Assembly: GCA_964556325.1 (NCBI GenBank)
Contig: CAZKVS010000001.1
Coordinates: 67,133-131,132, forward strand
Origin: an uncultured Candidatus Saccharibacteria bacterium
Lineage (GTDB): Bacteria > Patescibacteriota > Doudnabacteria > UBA920
DNA: 64,000 bases
Reading direction: 5' to 3'
The notes below the pieces were generated by a model. The model worked only from the letters and a program-made list of their open reading frames with translations. It did no database searches and was not told where the DNA came from. The position numbers and the translations under genes are program-made. Shown here piece after piece: positions 47,908 to 57,408 of the stretch (within the stretch, counting starts at the first letter, position 1; each line of letters opens with the position of its first letter).

Positions 47908-48537
47908 ATGACAGCAGAACGCGAGTTTTTTGTAGTAAAACCAGAGCTTGTGCAGTCAGACCCATGGGTTGAACTTGTGCGCAGGGAGCGGGAGTTGGGA
48001 GAGGTGCACGAGCGGATGCTTTTGGCTTTGCAGTATGTGAAGGGTGAGAGAGATGCTGCGCTTGTTTTGGGTGATGCTTCTAAGGTGCAGGCTAAATATT
48101 TACTAGAGCAAGCTGGTTTTGGATTGGTGACAGATGTAGATATAAGTCCCAGCTTAGGGGATGATGAAGTAGTGCCCCTTTCGGAAGAGCGACTAAAACG
48201 AATTGTTTCTCCGTTTGATGGATACATGCCGCCGGAAGAAAGTTTTAATTTTATATATGGCAAGTCTTTAGCTTTTAACCCAAAAGAGACTACACCGGAA
48301 GTTTTGCTCCGTATGCAGCTTGCTTTAACTGAGGGTGGTATATTTTCGGCTGCGTGGGCAGGGGAGTACGACGAGTTCCGCTCCAAACATTATTCCCAAG
48401 AAGAGCTTGAACAACTGTACATTCAGAGCGGGTTACACATCCTACATATGGATAATCGAACCCCTGAGGAAGTGCGGGGACTCAATTCAACTCGAGTTGC
48501 GCATTTAATAGATATTATTGCCGAAAAGAGTAATTAA
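47908..48537 (+). CDS. Hypothetical protein
   Basis: 209 aa with balanced composition. The overlapping minus-strand ORF is Ser-rich and low-complexity, so it is likely spurious. Confidence 0.45.
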   Translation: MTAEREFFVVKPELVQSDPWVELVRRERELGEVHERMLLALQYVKGERDAALVLGDASKVQAKYLLEQAGFGLVTDVDISPSLGDDEVVPLSEERLKRIVSPFDGYMPPEESFNFIYGKSLAFNPKETTPEVLLRMQLALTEGGIFSAAWAGEYDEFRSKHYSQEELEQLYIQSGLHILHMDNRTPEEVRGLNSTRVAHLIDIIAEKSN

Positions 48538-48551
48538 AGTAGTTTAAATAT

Positions 48552-49307
48552 ATGGCTGTTGCTGCAACTGAAAAATATTTTACAGAGACAGGTGAGTTCT
48601 CCGAGCAAAAACGGACAGAGTTTTTGTCGGGTTTAAAAGATGAAACATCTGACGCATTTGAGCATATTGACTTGGGTGATTTCTTGCGTTTCGCAGGAGT
48701 GCCAAATCAACTTATTATTGATGAAATAAATACCGTGCCTGTAGACCAGCGACTTGCTAAGGCTGTGGAGTTAGGTATTTTGGCGAGTCCAGAAGGATAT
48801 AGTTGGTCCTTTAGCGGTTTGCGACCAATTGTTTTTGTAAAAGTGGGCGGTCAGATGATGCCTTTTTATCGAAGCAGTAAGGGCACAGGGGGTGTAAAAA
48901 CCGCGGGGGTGTGGTACCCATTCTTTGGATTCGGAGAAGACGAGTGGTTAATAAAAGGCGGTGGGGATAATTTTGAAACGAGCTATAACAACTCCGCTTT
49001 GCAGAAAGCCCAAGCTATATTAAACGCTGCGTTGAATTGGGATCATACCTTGGACTTGGTGGGGATGGATATTCAGGGGTATCCACTGCACGAGTTGGAA
49101 AACTTTTGCCCCCCGAGCGAACTCAACCAGCTAGTGTATGGCGAAAAAGAGTTGCCTTATCATCCCGATAGGCACGACGGCAAGTCCGGCGAGCGAATAA
49201 CTAAAATAATAATGGCCATGTACGAAAAGTATCCCGTTGAAGTGGTTAAGGGAGTGGTGGAGGCAAATCGTAGTAGATTAACAGAGCTCGGGTACAACCC
49301 GTCCTAG
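48552..49307 (+). CDS. Hypothetical protein
   Basis: 251 aa. No confident motif. Confidence 0.4.
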   Translation: MAVAATEKYFTETGEFSEQKRTEFLSGLKDETSDAFEHIDLGDFLRFAGVPNQLIIDEINTVPVDQRLAKAVELGILASPEGYSWSFSGLRPIVFVKVGGQMMPFYRSSKGTGGVKTAGVWYPFFGFGEDEWLIKGGGDNFETSYNNSALQKAQAILNAALNWDHTLDLVGMDIQGYPLHELENFCPPSELNQLVYGEKELPYHPDRHDGKSGERITKIIMAMYEKYPVEVVKGVVEANRSRLTELGYNPS

Positions 49308-49312
49308 ATTTT

Positions 49313-49840
49313 ATGAAAACATACGTCGCGCTGTTGCGCGGGATAAATGTGGGTGGAAATAAGAAAGTGGAAATGGCCAAGCTGAAGCAAGTGTTTGAGA
49401 AGCTTGGCTTTGAGCATGTGTCTACTTATATAAATTCGGGCAATGTTATTTTTTCCAGCAAAGGTGTACCTGTAGCTGTGGATCTGGAAAAAGTGCTCAA
49501 AAAATCTTTTGGGTTTGCTATTGCGGTGGTGCTGCGTGACGCAGCAAGTATAGCTAAAGTCGCTAAGGCTATTCCGAAGGGCTGGGAAAATAATCCGGAA
49601 GTAAAAACAGATGTCTTGTTTTTGTGGGATGAGTACAACAAGAAAAGCTCTCTTGGTTTAATTAGCGTGCACCCCGAAGCGGATAAGTTGAAGTATGTAG
49701 ACGGTGCCATTATTTGGCATGTAAACAGAAAGTTTTACACGAAGAGTGGTATGCGAAAGTTTATTGGCACCCCGCTCTACAAAAACATGACCGCCCGCAA
49801 TGTAAATACCGTGCGTAAGTTGGTCATCTTAATGAAATAA
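49313..49840 (+). CDS. DUF1697-family protein
   Basis: MKTYVALLRGINVGGNKKV N-terminal signature. Confidence 0.65.
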   Translation: MKTYVALLRGINVGGNKKVEMAKLKQVFEKLGFEHVSTYINSGNVIFSSKGVPVAVDLEKVLKKSFGFAIAVVLRDAASIAKVAKAIPKGWENNPEVKTDVLFLWDEYNKKSSLGLISVHPEADKLKYVDGAIIWHVNRKFYTKSGMRKFIGTPLYKNMTARNVNTVRKLVILMK

Positions 49841-49843
49841 TGT

Positions 49844-51040
49844 ATGCGTAAAAAAGTTCCTTCGGCGGTGTGGTTTCTGGGAGTGGTGAGTTTTTTAAAC
49901 GATACAGCCTCGGAAATGTTGTATCCTATTATGCCTATTTTCCTTACCCAAGTATTGGGTGCGCCAGTGTTTGTGGTGGGTATTATAGAAGGCATAGCAG
50001 AAGGCGGAGCGTCATTTTTTAAAACCGTGTTTGGCTACTGGTCGGACCGCTTGCAAAAACGTAAAGTGTTTGTAGTGGCGGGGTATGGCGCTAGTACCAT
50101 TTCTAAAGTTATAATTGCCCTGGCCTATACCTGGCCCATTGTTTTGCTCGGACGCATAGTAGACCGTGTGGGGAAGGGCGCCCGGACTGGTGCTCGGGAT
50201 GCATTGCTACTGGAAGCCACGGACGAAACCAACAAAGGGTTTATTTTTGGTTTTCACCGAACTATGGATACGGCCGGTGCGGTAGTGGGACCGCTGTTGG
50301 CCTTAGTCTTGCTGTGGGTTTTTCACAACAACATTCGATTAGTCTTGTACGTTGCGGTAGTGCCGGCGCTGGCGGCACTCGTCTTTTTTGCCTGGGTGAA
50401 GGAAGCGAAGAAACAGTATCAAACTACAAAGACTAAACTCACGTTAGCGGTGAAGGGGTTTCCCCCCAAGCTCAAACTCTTTTTGGTTGGCTTGTGCTTG
50501 TTCTCGCTTGGTAACTCGTCCGATAGTTTTCTCATTTTGCGAGCGAAAGACCTGGGCCTAAGCCTAACTATGGTTATAGCTGCGTACATTGTGTACAACA
50601 TTGTGTACGCCGCGGCCTCAGTGCCAGCGGGATTGTTGGCAGATAAAATTGGTCCGAAAAAAGTCTTTATTGCCGGTATACTTATTTTTGCCTTGGTGTA
50701 TTTAGGTTTTGCCTACAACACCCATGCAAGCACGGTGTGGGTATTGTTCGCAGTCTACGGTTTTTACATAGCTTTAACCGACGGCGTGTCTAAGGCGCTC
50801 GTTGGTCACTTTACCCCGCCGGAACAAGCAGGGGTCGTGTACGGCGTGCTGGGTACGGTGACTAGTTTGTTTACCTTGCTTGCCTCCGTACTGGGTGGGT
50901 TTTTGTGGAGCAGTGTTTCGCCAACTGCGACTTTCTTGTTTGCAGTAGTGTGCGCATTGCTCTCCCTTGTTATTTTCTTATTTTTAAAAACAGATTCTCC
51001 GGTGCTGATTGAAGTTGCCCGTCCAGGACAAAACAGGTAA
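49844..51040 (+). CDS. MFS transporter
   Basis: About 12 TM helices. GRIVDRVGKG loop motif between TM2 and TM3. Confidence 0.7.
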   Translation: MRKKVPSAVWFLGVVSFLNDTASEMLYPIMPIFLTQVLGAPVFVVGIIEGIAEGGASFFKTVFGYWSDRLQKRKVFVVAGYGASTISKVIIALAYTWPIVLLGRIVDRVGKGARTGARDALLLEATDETNKGFIFGFHRTMDTAGAVVGPLLALVLLWVFHNNIRLVLYVAVVPALAALVFFAWVKEAKKQYQTTKTKLTLAVKGFPPKLKLFLVGLCLFSLGNSSDSFLILRAKDLGLSLTMVIAAYIVYNIVYAAASVPAGLLADKIGPKKVFIAGILIFALVYLGFAYNTHASTVWVLFAVYGFYIALTDGVSKALVGHFTPPEQAGVVYGVLGTVTSLFTLLASVLGGFLWSSVSPTATFLFAVVCALLSLVIFLFLKTDSPVLIEVARPGQNR

Positions 51041-51144
51041 AATTTAAAAAGAGGTACGTTTCTAGTCGATTACTTTAGCTGGTTGACTATTAATGTGGCA
51101 TTCAGTGGGTTATTTTTTGCGAAGCAAAAGCGTAACTTGATTTA

Positions 51145-51807
51145 ATGAATTATTGTACGTTGTCTATGGCTATTATAAATGGAATGAGAGATACAATACA
51201 GTGGTATGATGAGAACGCTACTGAATATGCTACTGCGGGCAAAGACTTAACTTTCCATACAGGAATTGAAAAGTTTACCTCTTATTTATTGCCCGGTTCT
51301 AAAGTTCTCGATGCTGGTTGTGGAGCAGGTAGGGATTCGCAGGTTTTACATGCAATGGGTTTGCATGTTACTGGAGTTGATCTTTCTGAGGGCTTGCTTA
51401 AAGAGGCGCGCAAGCGATGCCCAGATGTTAATTTCGTACTTGGAGACTTGCTTGACTTGCCTTTTGAAAACGAATCCTTTGATGGGGTGTGGGCGCACGC
51501 TTCTCTCGTTCATCTGGAAACAATTCAACAGGCACAAAAAGTATTGCTTGAATTTCATAGAGTATTAAAATCTAACGGAGTTGTATACATGATGGTAAAA
51601 CAACAGATGGGTAGTGATAAAACTGCCGTTGTTTCAGACACGCTCTCAAATCATGACAGATTTTTCCAATATTATAATAAGGAGGAACTTGTGGCCTTAG
51701 TAGAAAAGGCGCAGTTGACTACTTTATTCATCGTAGATGATGTAGACGATAGGGCGGGTCGGTCTGATACCAAGTGGATATGGTTAATAGCTAGAAAGAC
51801 AACATAA
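51145..51807 (+). CDS. Class I SAM-dependent methyltransferase
   Basis: VLDAGCGAGRDS (motif I) and later DGVWAHASLVHL. Confidence 0.75.
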   Translation: MNYCTLSMAIINGMRDTIQWYDENATEYATAGKDLTFHTGIEKFTSYLLPGSKVLDAGCGAGRDSQVLHAMGLHVTGVDLSEGLLKEARKRCPDVNFVLGDLLDLPFENESFDGVWAHASLVHLETIQQAQKVLLEFHRVLKSNGVVYMMVKQQMGSDKTAVVSDTLSNHDRFFQYYNKEELVALVEKAQLTTLFIVDDVDDRAGRSDTKWIWLIARKTT

Positions 51808-51823
51808 TTTATTTCTGATAACT

Positions 51824-52252
51824 ATGTTTGAGGAAAAAACAATCGTAACGGTGCAGGTGCATGTAGCTGCGCCTATAGAGAAAGTCTGGGAGTATTGGAC
51901 TAACCCTGAACACATCACTCATTGGAACTTTGCGTCAGATGACTGGGAGTGCCTGGGTGGAACAAGTGACCTGCGCGTAGGCGGTACGTTTACTTCCCGC
52001 ATGCAGGCGAAAGATGGCAGTAGTGGTTTTGATTTTAGCGGTATATATACGGAAATAGTTCCTCAAGAGCGGATATTCTATGTCATGTCAGGAGAGGACG
52101 AGCGGAAAGTAGACGTGACGTTTACCGACGTTGGTGACGGTATCCTTGTAACTGAATCGTTTGAAACCGAAACGGAAAATCCGCCGGAAATGCAACAAGA
52201 GGGCTGGCAGGCTATACTCGACAACTTTAAAAAGCACGTAGAAAATGCATAA
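51824..52252 (+). CDS. SRPBCC-superfamily protein (AHSA1/activator-of-Hsp90-ATPase-like)
   Basis: VHVAAPIEKVWEYWTNPEHITHW pattern. Confidence 0.6.
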   Translation: MFEEKTIVTVQVHVAAPIEKVWEYWTNPEHITHWNFASDDWECLGGTSDLRVGGTFTSRMQAKDGSSGFDFSGIYTEIVPQERIFYVMSGEDERKVDVTFTDVGDGILVTESFETETENPPEMQQEGWQAILDNFKKHVENA

Positions 52253-52339
52253 CTTCTAAACAGCAATTGCAAGTGCACTATATTAATTATTATATAAGCT
52301 CATTAGCTAGCCAGCTAAGAAGCTAGAAAGCTACTATAT

Positions 52340-52585
52340 ATGCCACAACAAGCAGGAACCTATTGTGAAAGTTGCATGATGCCGTTTGCCAAAGATCCGG
52401 GCAAGCGTGAATCAGATAAGTACTGTAGTCTCTGTTTTAAAGACGGTAAGCTGCAGTATGAAGGTAATGACCTAAAAGAGTTTCAACGAGTCGCTTACGA
52501 AAGCATGATTAAGCGCGGCACGAACAAGTGGTTGGCAAAGCTTTATACTTTTATGATTCGCTTTGCCCCTCGCTGGAAGAAATAA
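52340..52585 (+). CDS. Zinc-ribbon small protein
   Basis: CESC...CSLC pair. Confidence 0.45.
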   Translation: MPQQAGTYCESCMMPFAKDPGKRESDKYCSLCFKDGKLQYEGNDLKEFQRVAYESMIKRGTNKWLAKLYTFMIRFAPRWKK

Positions 52586-52592
52586 TCTCTCC

Positions 52593-52748
52593 TGTCATTC
52601 CGGAAGCTACCCACCTACGCCAAGGCTTCGGCGGGCAGGCGAGTCAATCTCCAACCAAGCAAGGGCTACTTGTCCGACGTAGCTTTAGCGAAGTTGGGTC
52701 CGGAATCCATCTTAACACCTGGATCCCGGCTCAGAGGCCGGGATGACG
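52593..52748. repeat. MITE-like element with TGTCATTCCGG / CCGGGATGAC terminal inverted repeats (copy A, 156 bp)
   Basis: Starts tgtcattccggaagc and ends ggccgggatgacgg. Internal sub-palindromes tccggaatcc and ggatcccgg. Confidence 0.6.
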
Positions 52749-52769
52749 GCTACTTTTGGAAGAAATATA

Positions 52770-53012
52770 ATGCATAATCAATCCAACGACCCACTACACG
52801 GAAAGACGCTACAAGCAATTGTAGAGTTTTTGGTAGCGGAGTATGGGTGGGAAAACTTAGGCACACGGATAAAGATTAAATGTTTTCAGGTAAACCCCAG
52901 TGTAAAATCCAGCCTGACCTTCTTGCGTCGTACCTCTTGGGCGCGCGAGCAAGTAGAAGCGTTGTACGTGGGTGCTATTCGTGAAAAGCCCACAGATATG
53001 TCGTTTGAGTAA
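52770..53012 (+). CDS. DUF2132 (VF530-like) small protein
   Basis: LHGKTLQAIVEFLVAEYGWENLG...KSSLTFLRRTSWAREQVEALY. Confidence 0.55.
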   Translation: MHNQSNDPLHGKTLQAIVEFLVAEYGWENLGTRIKIKCFQVNPSVKSSLTFLRRTSWAREQVEALYVGAIREKPTDMSFE

Positions 53013-53075
53013 ATATGGAAAAACATCCCCGCATATCGCTGGCGTAATTAGCAGGCCTCTCACATTGCCCACTCT

Positions 53076-53182
53076 CTGTCATTCCGGTTTCCACGAGGTC
53101 TTCCGAGGGAATACCGGAATCCAGTATTTCTAAGGCGTGGATCCCGGACAGCCCGCGAGGGCTTGTGGCTTCCGGGATGACA
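53076..53182. repeat. MITE-like element, copy B (107 bp)
   Basis: tgtcattccggtttcc...ggcttccgggatgaca. Confidence 0.6.
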
Positions 53183-53219
53183 AGACAGGGGGGGGCGCAA
53201 GAGGTTAAATATTTATAGT

Positions 53220-53786
53220 ATGAAAAGAATTTTTATAATACACGGATGGGCGGGGAGTCCGATTGGAGACTGGATTGCCTGGGCCAAACAAGCGTTTGAG
53301 GCGAAAGGTTTTGAGGTGGTGGCGCCGGAAATGCCGGACACCTTGCATCCAAACATTGACGCATGGGTGAGTCACTTGCGAGACTTAGTAGGGAAGCCTG
53401 ATTCCAATACATTTTTTGTGGGCCACAGCATTGGCTGCCAAACTATCTTGCGGTATTTGGAAACTATAAGCACCCAAGTGGGCGGAGCAGTCTTTGTTGC
53501 GGGTTGGTTTGGTTTGGAAAATTTGGAAAATGCGGAAGTAGAGGAAGTAGCAAAGCCCTGGCTAACCGTGCCGATTAACTTAGAAAAGGTGCGGGCGGTG
53601 CTTCCTAAGTCCGTGTTGCTCATTTCCAGTAACGACGACTACGGCGCATATGAACTGAACGTTAAAAAATTTACTGAGCTTGGCTCGAAAATAGTTGTGC
53701 TCCAAGACGCAGGCCACATAACCGGCGGTGATGGTTTTATTGAGTTGCCTCAGTTGATAGAAGTGTTCGACTCCATCTTTCACTAA
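53220..53786 (+). CDS. Serine hydrolase of the YdeN/RBBP9 alpha/beta-hydrolase family (paralogue of 31865..32416)
   Basis: MKRIFIIHGWAGSPIGDW ... VGHSIG. Confidence 0.55.
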   Translation: MKRIFIIHGWAGSPIGDWIAWAKQAFEAKGFEVVAPEMPDTLHPNIDAWVSHLRDLVGKPDSNTFFVGHSIGCQTILRYLETISTQVGGAVFVAGWFGLENLENAEVEEVAKPWLTVPINLEKVRAVLPKSVLLISSNDDYGAYELNVKKFTELGSKIVVLQDAGHITGGDGFIELPQLIEVFDSIFH

Positions 53787-53819
53787 TTTTTTTTTCGCTA
53801 GCTGTTTATTATAATTTTT

Positions 53820-53863
53820 CCAAATACCACGTTTTTCGCGGCCGCGAAAAACGTGGTATTTGG
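53820..53863. repeat. Perfect 44 bp palindrome (22 bp arms, no spacer, GCGGCCGC core)
   Basis: ccaaataccacgtttttcgcgg|ccgcgaaaaacgtggtatttgg. Confidence 0.8.
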
Positions 53864-53940
53864 CAGTATGTCTATGTGGGCTAGAGTCGCTTAAGTGCTA
53901 GTTTTTTGGTATGCTGTAAGCAATATTAAACACAACAAGC

Positions 53941-54444
53941 ATGTCCGAAAATGTATCTCACGATAGTGAAACGCCAGCAATCGGTCAACAGGTCATTACT
54001 GCATGTGCATTTATACATCAGGAATTTGAAGGTGTCGAAAAAGTCTTTTTACCCAAACGAGCGGAGACTAAAAAGTTTTTGCCCGGTGTGTATGAGTTGC
54101 CTGGTGGGCATATAGATTATGCAGAAGATATTGTAGCTGGTTTAAAAAGAGAAGTTATGGAAGAGTTTAGCATGAGCATAAGTGTGGGTGACCCGTTTGC
54201 GGTGTTTACATATACTAATGAAGTGAAAGGTTCGCATTCCATAGAAGTAATTTATTTTGCGCAGTTCACCGACTCCCTTGGGCAGATTGTGTTGCATCCG
54301 GATGACCATTCCACCTTTGGATGGTTTGCAGAAGACGAACTTGACCAAGTCGCAGACGCAAATAAACGTGGCGACGACCCAGAAATACTAGCTATTAAAA
54401 AAGGCTTTGCTTTGTTAAATGGTGGCAATCCTGCTTTTAAATAA
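53941..54444 (+). CDS. NUDIX hydrolase
   Basis: Nudix box GGHIDYAEDIVAGLKREVMEEFS. Confidence 0.75.
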   Translation: MSENVSHDSETPAIGQQVITACAFIHQEFEGVEKVFLPKRAETKKFLPGVYELPGGHIDYAEDIVAGLKREVMEEFSMSISVGDPFAVFTYTNEVKGSHSIEVIYFAQFTDSLGQIVLHPDDHSTFGWFAEDELDQVADANKRGDDPEILAIKKGFALLNGGNPAFK

Positions 54445-54446
54445 TT

Positions 54447-54893
54447 ATGCCGGATATACAGTTTATTAAATATCTTAAAACTTTACCCGCGGAAGATTGG
54501 GAGAAAAAAGTCACAGCGGACTGGGATGTCAAAAATGTGGTAGCACATATGATTGGTTGGGACCGAGGCGATGTGAATGCAATAAAAACTATATGGGAGA
54601 CTAAACAGCCGCCTGTGTGGAAGCTCTCTGGATGGGGGAAAGCAGACGACGATGCGTATAACGCAAAGTGGGTGGAGCACTATAAAGATTACACTCCTGA
54701 TGAGCTTATCTTGGAGTGGGAGAAGTGGCAGGTAGAGGTACGGGCGCTGGTGAGTTTTTATGGAGAAAAAAATCTTCGAGCTCGTCCTGATTTATTTGAC
54801 TGGCTTTTTGAGGGGGTTGAGGATAATAGAAAAGACAGCACCCCCGGACATTATAAACATCATTACAATCAACTTAAACAAGTTTTAGGATAG
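54447..54893 (+). CDS. Hypothetical protein (DinB/ClbS-like four-helix-bundle, DUF1706-like)
   Basis: WDVKNVVAHMIGWDR pattern. Confidence 0.35.
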   Translation: MPDIQFIKYLKTLPAEDWEKKVTADWDVKNVVAHMIGWDRGDVNAIKTIWETKQPPVWKLSGWGKADDDAYNAKWVEHYKDYTPDELILEWEKWQVEVRALVSFYGEKNLRARPDLFDWLFEGVEDNRKDSTPGHYKHHYNQLKQVLG

Positions 54894-54900
54894 AACAAGT

Positions 54901-55368
54901 ATGCCCGACGCAAACATAGACCAGAAAGACCCATATTTTGTAGCCGTAAAAGTTTTTTTAGAACTTGACGGTAAGTTTTTGGTGATGAAAGACAATTTTG
55001 GTCAGTGGGACTTGCCGGGTGGACGTATAAAGAAAGATGAGTTTGCTGTACCGCTAGAAGACATCGTAAAACGGAAGATGTTTGAAGAGGTGGGAGAGGG
55101 CGTACAGTATGTATTAGGTAAGCCTATAGTCTTTATGCGGCATGAGCGAGTAGAGCACGCGCCGGGTAACCCCACAGTGCGCATATTTGCCATTGGCTAC
55201 CAAGCTACCTGGCAGAGTGGGGAAGTGAGTTTCTCTGAGCGTCATACCGAGCTGCTGTGGGCTGACCCTGCCACATTTAAACCCGCAGATTACTTTACCG
55301 GCGGCTGGTTGAAGGGTGTGCAAGAATATATAGCTTTACAAACGGAGCCTCAGGCACCCCTTGAGTAA
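54901..55368 (+). CDS. NUDIX hydrolase
   Basis: Nudix box GGRIKKDEFAVPLEDIVKRKMFEEVGE. Confidence 0.75.
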   Translation: MPDANIDQKDPYFVAVKVFLELDGKFLVMKDNFGQWDLPGGRIKKDEFAVPLEDIVKRKMFEEVGEGVQYVLGKPIVFMRHERVEHAPGNPTVRIFAIGYQATWQSGEVSFSERHTELLWADPATFKPADYFTGGWLKGVQEYIALQTEPQAPLE

Positions 55369-55381
55369 TATTTGTTGAAAT

Positions 55382-56848
55382 ATGATGAATAAAAATCAAT
55401 CTCCTTGGTTGGATCAAATGGTTCGGACTAGACCAGGCATACGTCTTGCGCAAAATATGGAAGTGGATACAGCCATTATTGGTGGGGGTATTGCGGGTGT
55501 GGCAACGGCGTACTTTACCTTGGCGCATACGGACCACACGGTTGCTTTGCTGGAAATGGGGAAAGTGGCACATGGCGCTACGGGGCACAACGGCGGGTTT
55601 TTGGCTACGTACTTTGAGCGGAGTTTTATTAGTATTGTCAGAGAATTTGGTTTGGAGCTGGCTACTCGAGGGCAGCGCGACGTTGAATCGGCGTGGGAGT
55701 TGTTGGAGGATATGCGGGACACTGCTCAACTGAAGACGCCCATTTGGATTTTTACCGGGTACGCTGCCATTGCTACGGAGGAAGAACTTTTAATTCACTT
55801 GCGAAATTTAGCTCTCCGGGCGAAGGCAGGGTTGGAGGTTATACCACTATTGGTGGCTGAGGACGCTCTGTATATACCCCATATTCCGGATGTGTATCAA
55901 GACTTGTATAGACTTATTCCCCGTGTAGAGTTGGCGGAGCTCTTAGAAGTTAAAGACTCCGCTTATTTTGCGGCTTTGCCGGAGAAGAAAGGTTGTATGA
56001 ATAGTGCGGCATTTTGCGAGGAGCTGGTGCAGTATATGTTAGTTACTTATCCGGACCGGTTTACGTTACTTGAGCATACACCAGTGGAAGAAATTCGGCT
56101 GCAGGCAAACAGTGCTGTGGTATATGCCGGCGAGTTTACTGTTCAGTCCAAGCGGGTAGTGTTATGTACGAATGGTTTTGAGAATGTGCGCATAGTAAAT
56201 ACAGTAGGGCCAGACATAAACAAAAAGTTCCATCATTTAGTACGAGGTATAGTGGGCTATATGGCTGGTTACGTAGAGGCTTCCGAACGACCGCCTGTAG
56301 AAATTAGTTTTTTGCCAAAAAGCGCCCGTAAGGGGGACGATGTATTCTCCGAAGAACCCTATTTTTACTTGACTCGTAGACCATTTGGACAGGTAGATGA
56401 GAAGCCGCAAAACTTAATATCTATTGGCGGGCCGGAAGCTTTAATGGATGACACCAATGACTATACGTTGGACCATGACTATCCAGCACAAGCCAAACAA
56501 GACATAGACACATTCTTACAGACTACATACGCGCAAGCTCACCCGGAAGGAGAGGAGTATAAGTTTCTATGGCATGGGCTTATGGGTTTTACGCCAAATG
56601 GTATTCGCTTAGTCGGTCCAGAGCCGTTAAACCCTGTGCTGCTTTATAACTTAGGTTGTAACGGTGTGGGGCTTATGCCTTCCATCTTTGGCGGTCGCAA
56701 AATAGCTCGGTTTCTCGCCGGAGAAGTTTTGCCTCCTTCTATGTTTGACCCTGTAGACCAGCGTACGTCTGAAGCACGGCCAAGCATCCCATTGCGTACG
56801 GTGCAAGATCGATCTAATAATGCAGCGCGCCAAGGGCGTAACGTGTGA
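55382..56848 (+). CDS. FAD-dependent oxidoreductase (DAO family)
   Basis: DTAIIGGGIAGVATAY dinucleotide-binding motif. C-terminal GCNGVG. Confidence 0.7.
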   Translation: MMNKNQSPWLDQMVRTRPGIRLAQNMEVDTAIIGGGIAGVATAYFTLAHTDHTVALLEMGKVAHGATGHNGGFLATYFERSFISIVREFGLELATRGQRDVESAWELLEDMRDTAQLKTPIWIFTGYAAIATEEELLIHLRNLALRAKAGLEVIPLLVAEDALYIPHIPDVYQDLYRLIPRVELAELLEVKDSAYFAALPEKKGCMNSAAFCEELVQYMLVTYPDRFTLLEHTPVEEIRLQANSAVVYAGEFTVQSKRVVLCTNGFENVRIVNTVGPDINKKFHHLVRGIVGYMAGYVEASERPPVEISFLPKSARKGDDVFSEEPYFYLTRRPFGQVDEKPQNLISIGGPEALMDDTNDYTLDHDYPAQAKQDIDTFLQTTYAQAHPEGEEYKFLWHGLMGFTPNGIRLVGPEPLNPVLLYNLGCNGVGLMPSIFGGRKIARFLAGEVLPPSMFDPVDQRTSEARPSIPLRTVQDRSNNAARQGRNV

Positions 56849-56950
56849 AATGTATGACCATTAATATTATATGAACCAAGATATTTTAAATTATAGTTGA
56901 CAGGCTTCGTATTTGATATATACTTGATTAGTCAACTATATATCAAATAT

Positions 56951-57367
56951 ATGAAAAACATGCACAGTGGAGTAGGGTTTTTATTGCAGCTCGCAAAAGT
57001 AAATGCGGTCTTTACCCGTAAGCTGGACGCGCGACTTGGCGGTATAGGTTTTACGGAGTTTGTACTTATGTACCACATAAGCCAAGCCGAAGGTGGTCGC
57101 ATGCGCCGTACCGACTTGGCCGAAAAGTTGGGTTTAACAGCGTCGGGCGTCACTCGGCTGCTCTTGCCTATGGAAAAAATTGGTTTGGTTAAGCGCGAGG
57201 CGGACAAAAACGACGCACGGGTGAGTTACGTGACTCTTGGTGCCGGCGGCAAACAAAAATTGGCTGAAGGCATGGAACGCGCAGAACTTTTTGTGGAGGA
57301 TGTGATGCCTACGGGTAAATTAAAAAAGTTAGAAGACTTGACTCAGTTACTTGCAGAAATTGTTTAA
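56951..57367 (+). CDS. MarR-family transcriptional regulator
   Basis: Winged-HTH pattern (RTDLAEKLGLTASGVTRLLLPMEKIGLVKRE...D). Confidence 0.7.
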   Translation: MKNMHSGVGFLLQLAKVNAVFTRKLDARLGGIGFTEFVLMYHISQAEGGRMRRTDLAEKLGLTASGVTRLLLPMEKIGLVKREADKNDARVSYVTLGAGGKQKLAEGMERAELFVEDVMPTGKLKKLEDLTQLLAEIV

Positions 57368-57408
57368 ACAGTGATGCATGGAGAAAGCCATCCAAGAAGG
57401 GTGGCTTT

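Noticed and set aside
47802-48386. 194 aa minus-strand ORF overlapping 47908..48537
   Set aside because: The translation is Ser-rich and low-complexity and runs antisense to a well-composed plus-strand ORF. It is typical shadow-ORF composition.
52528-52746. 72 aa ORF (MVGKALYFYDSLCPSLEE...)
   Set aside because: It lies entirely within the MITE-like palindromic element 52593..52748, which is repeat DNA and not a gene.
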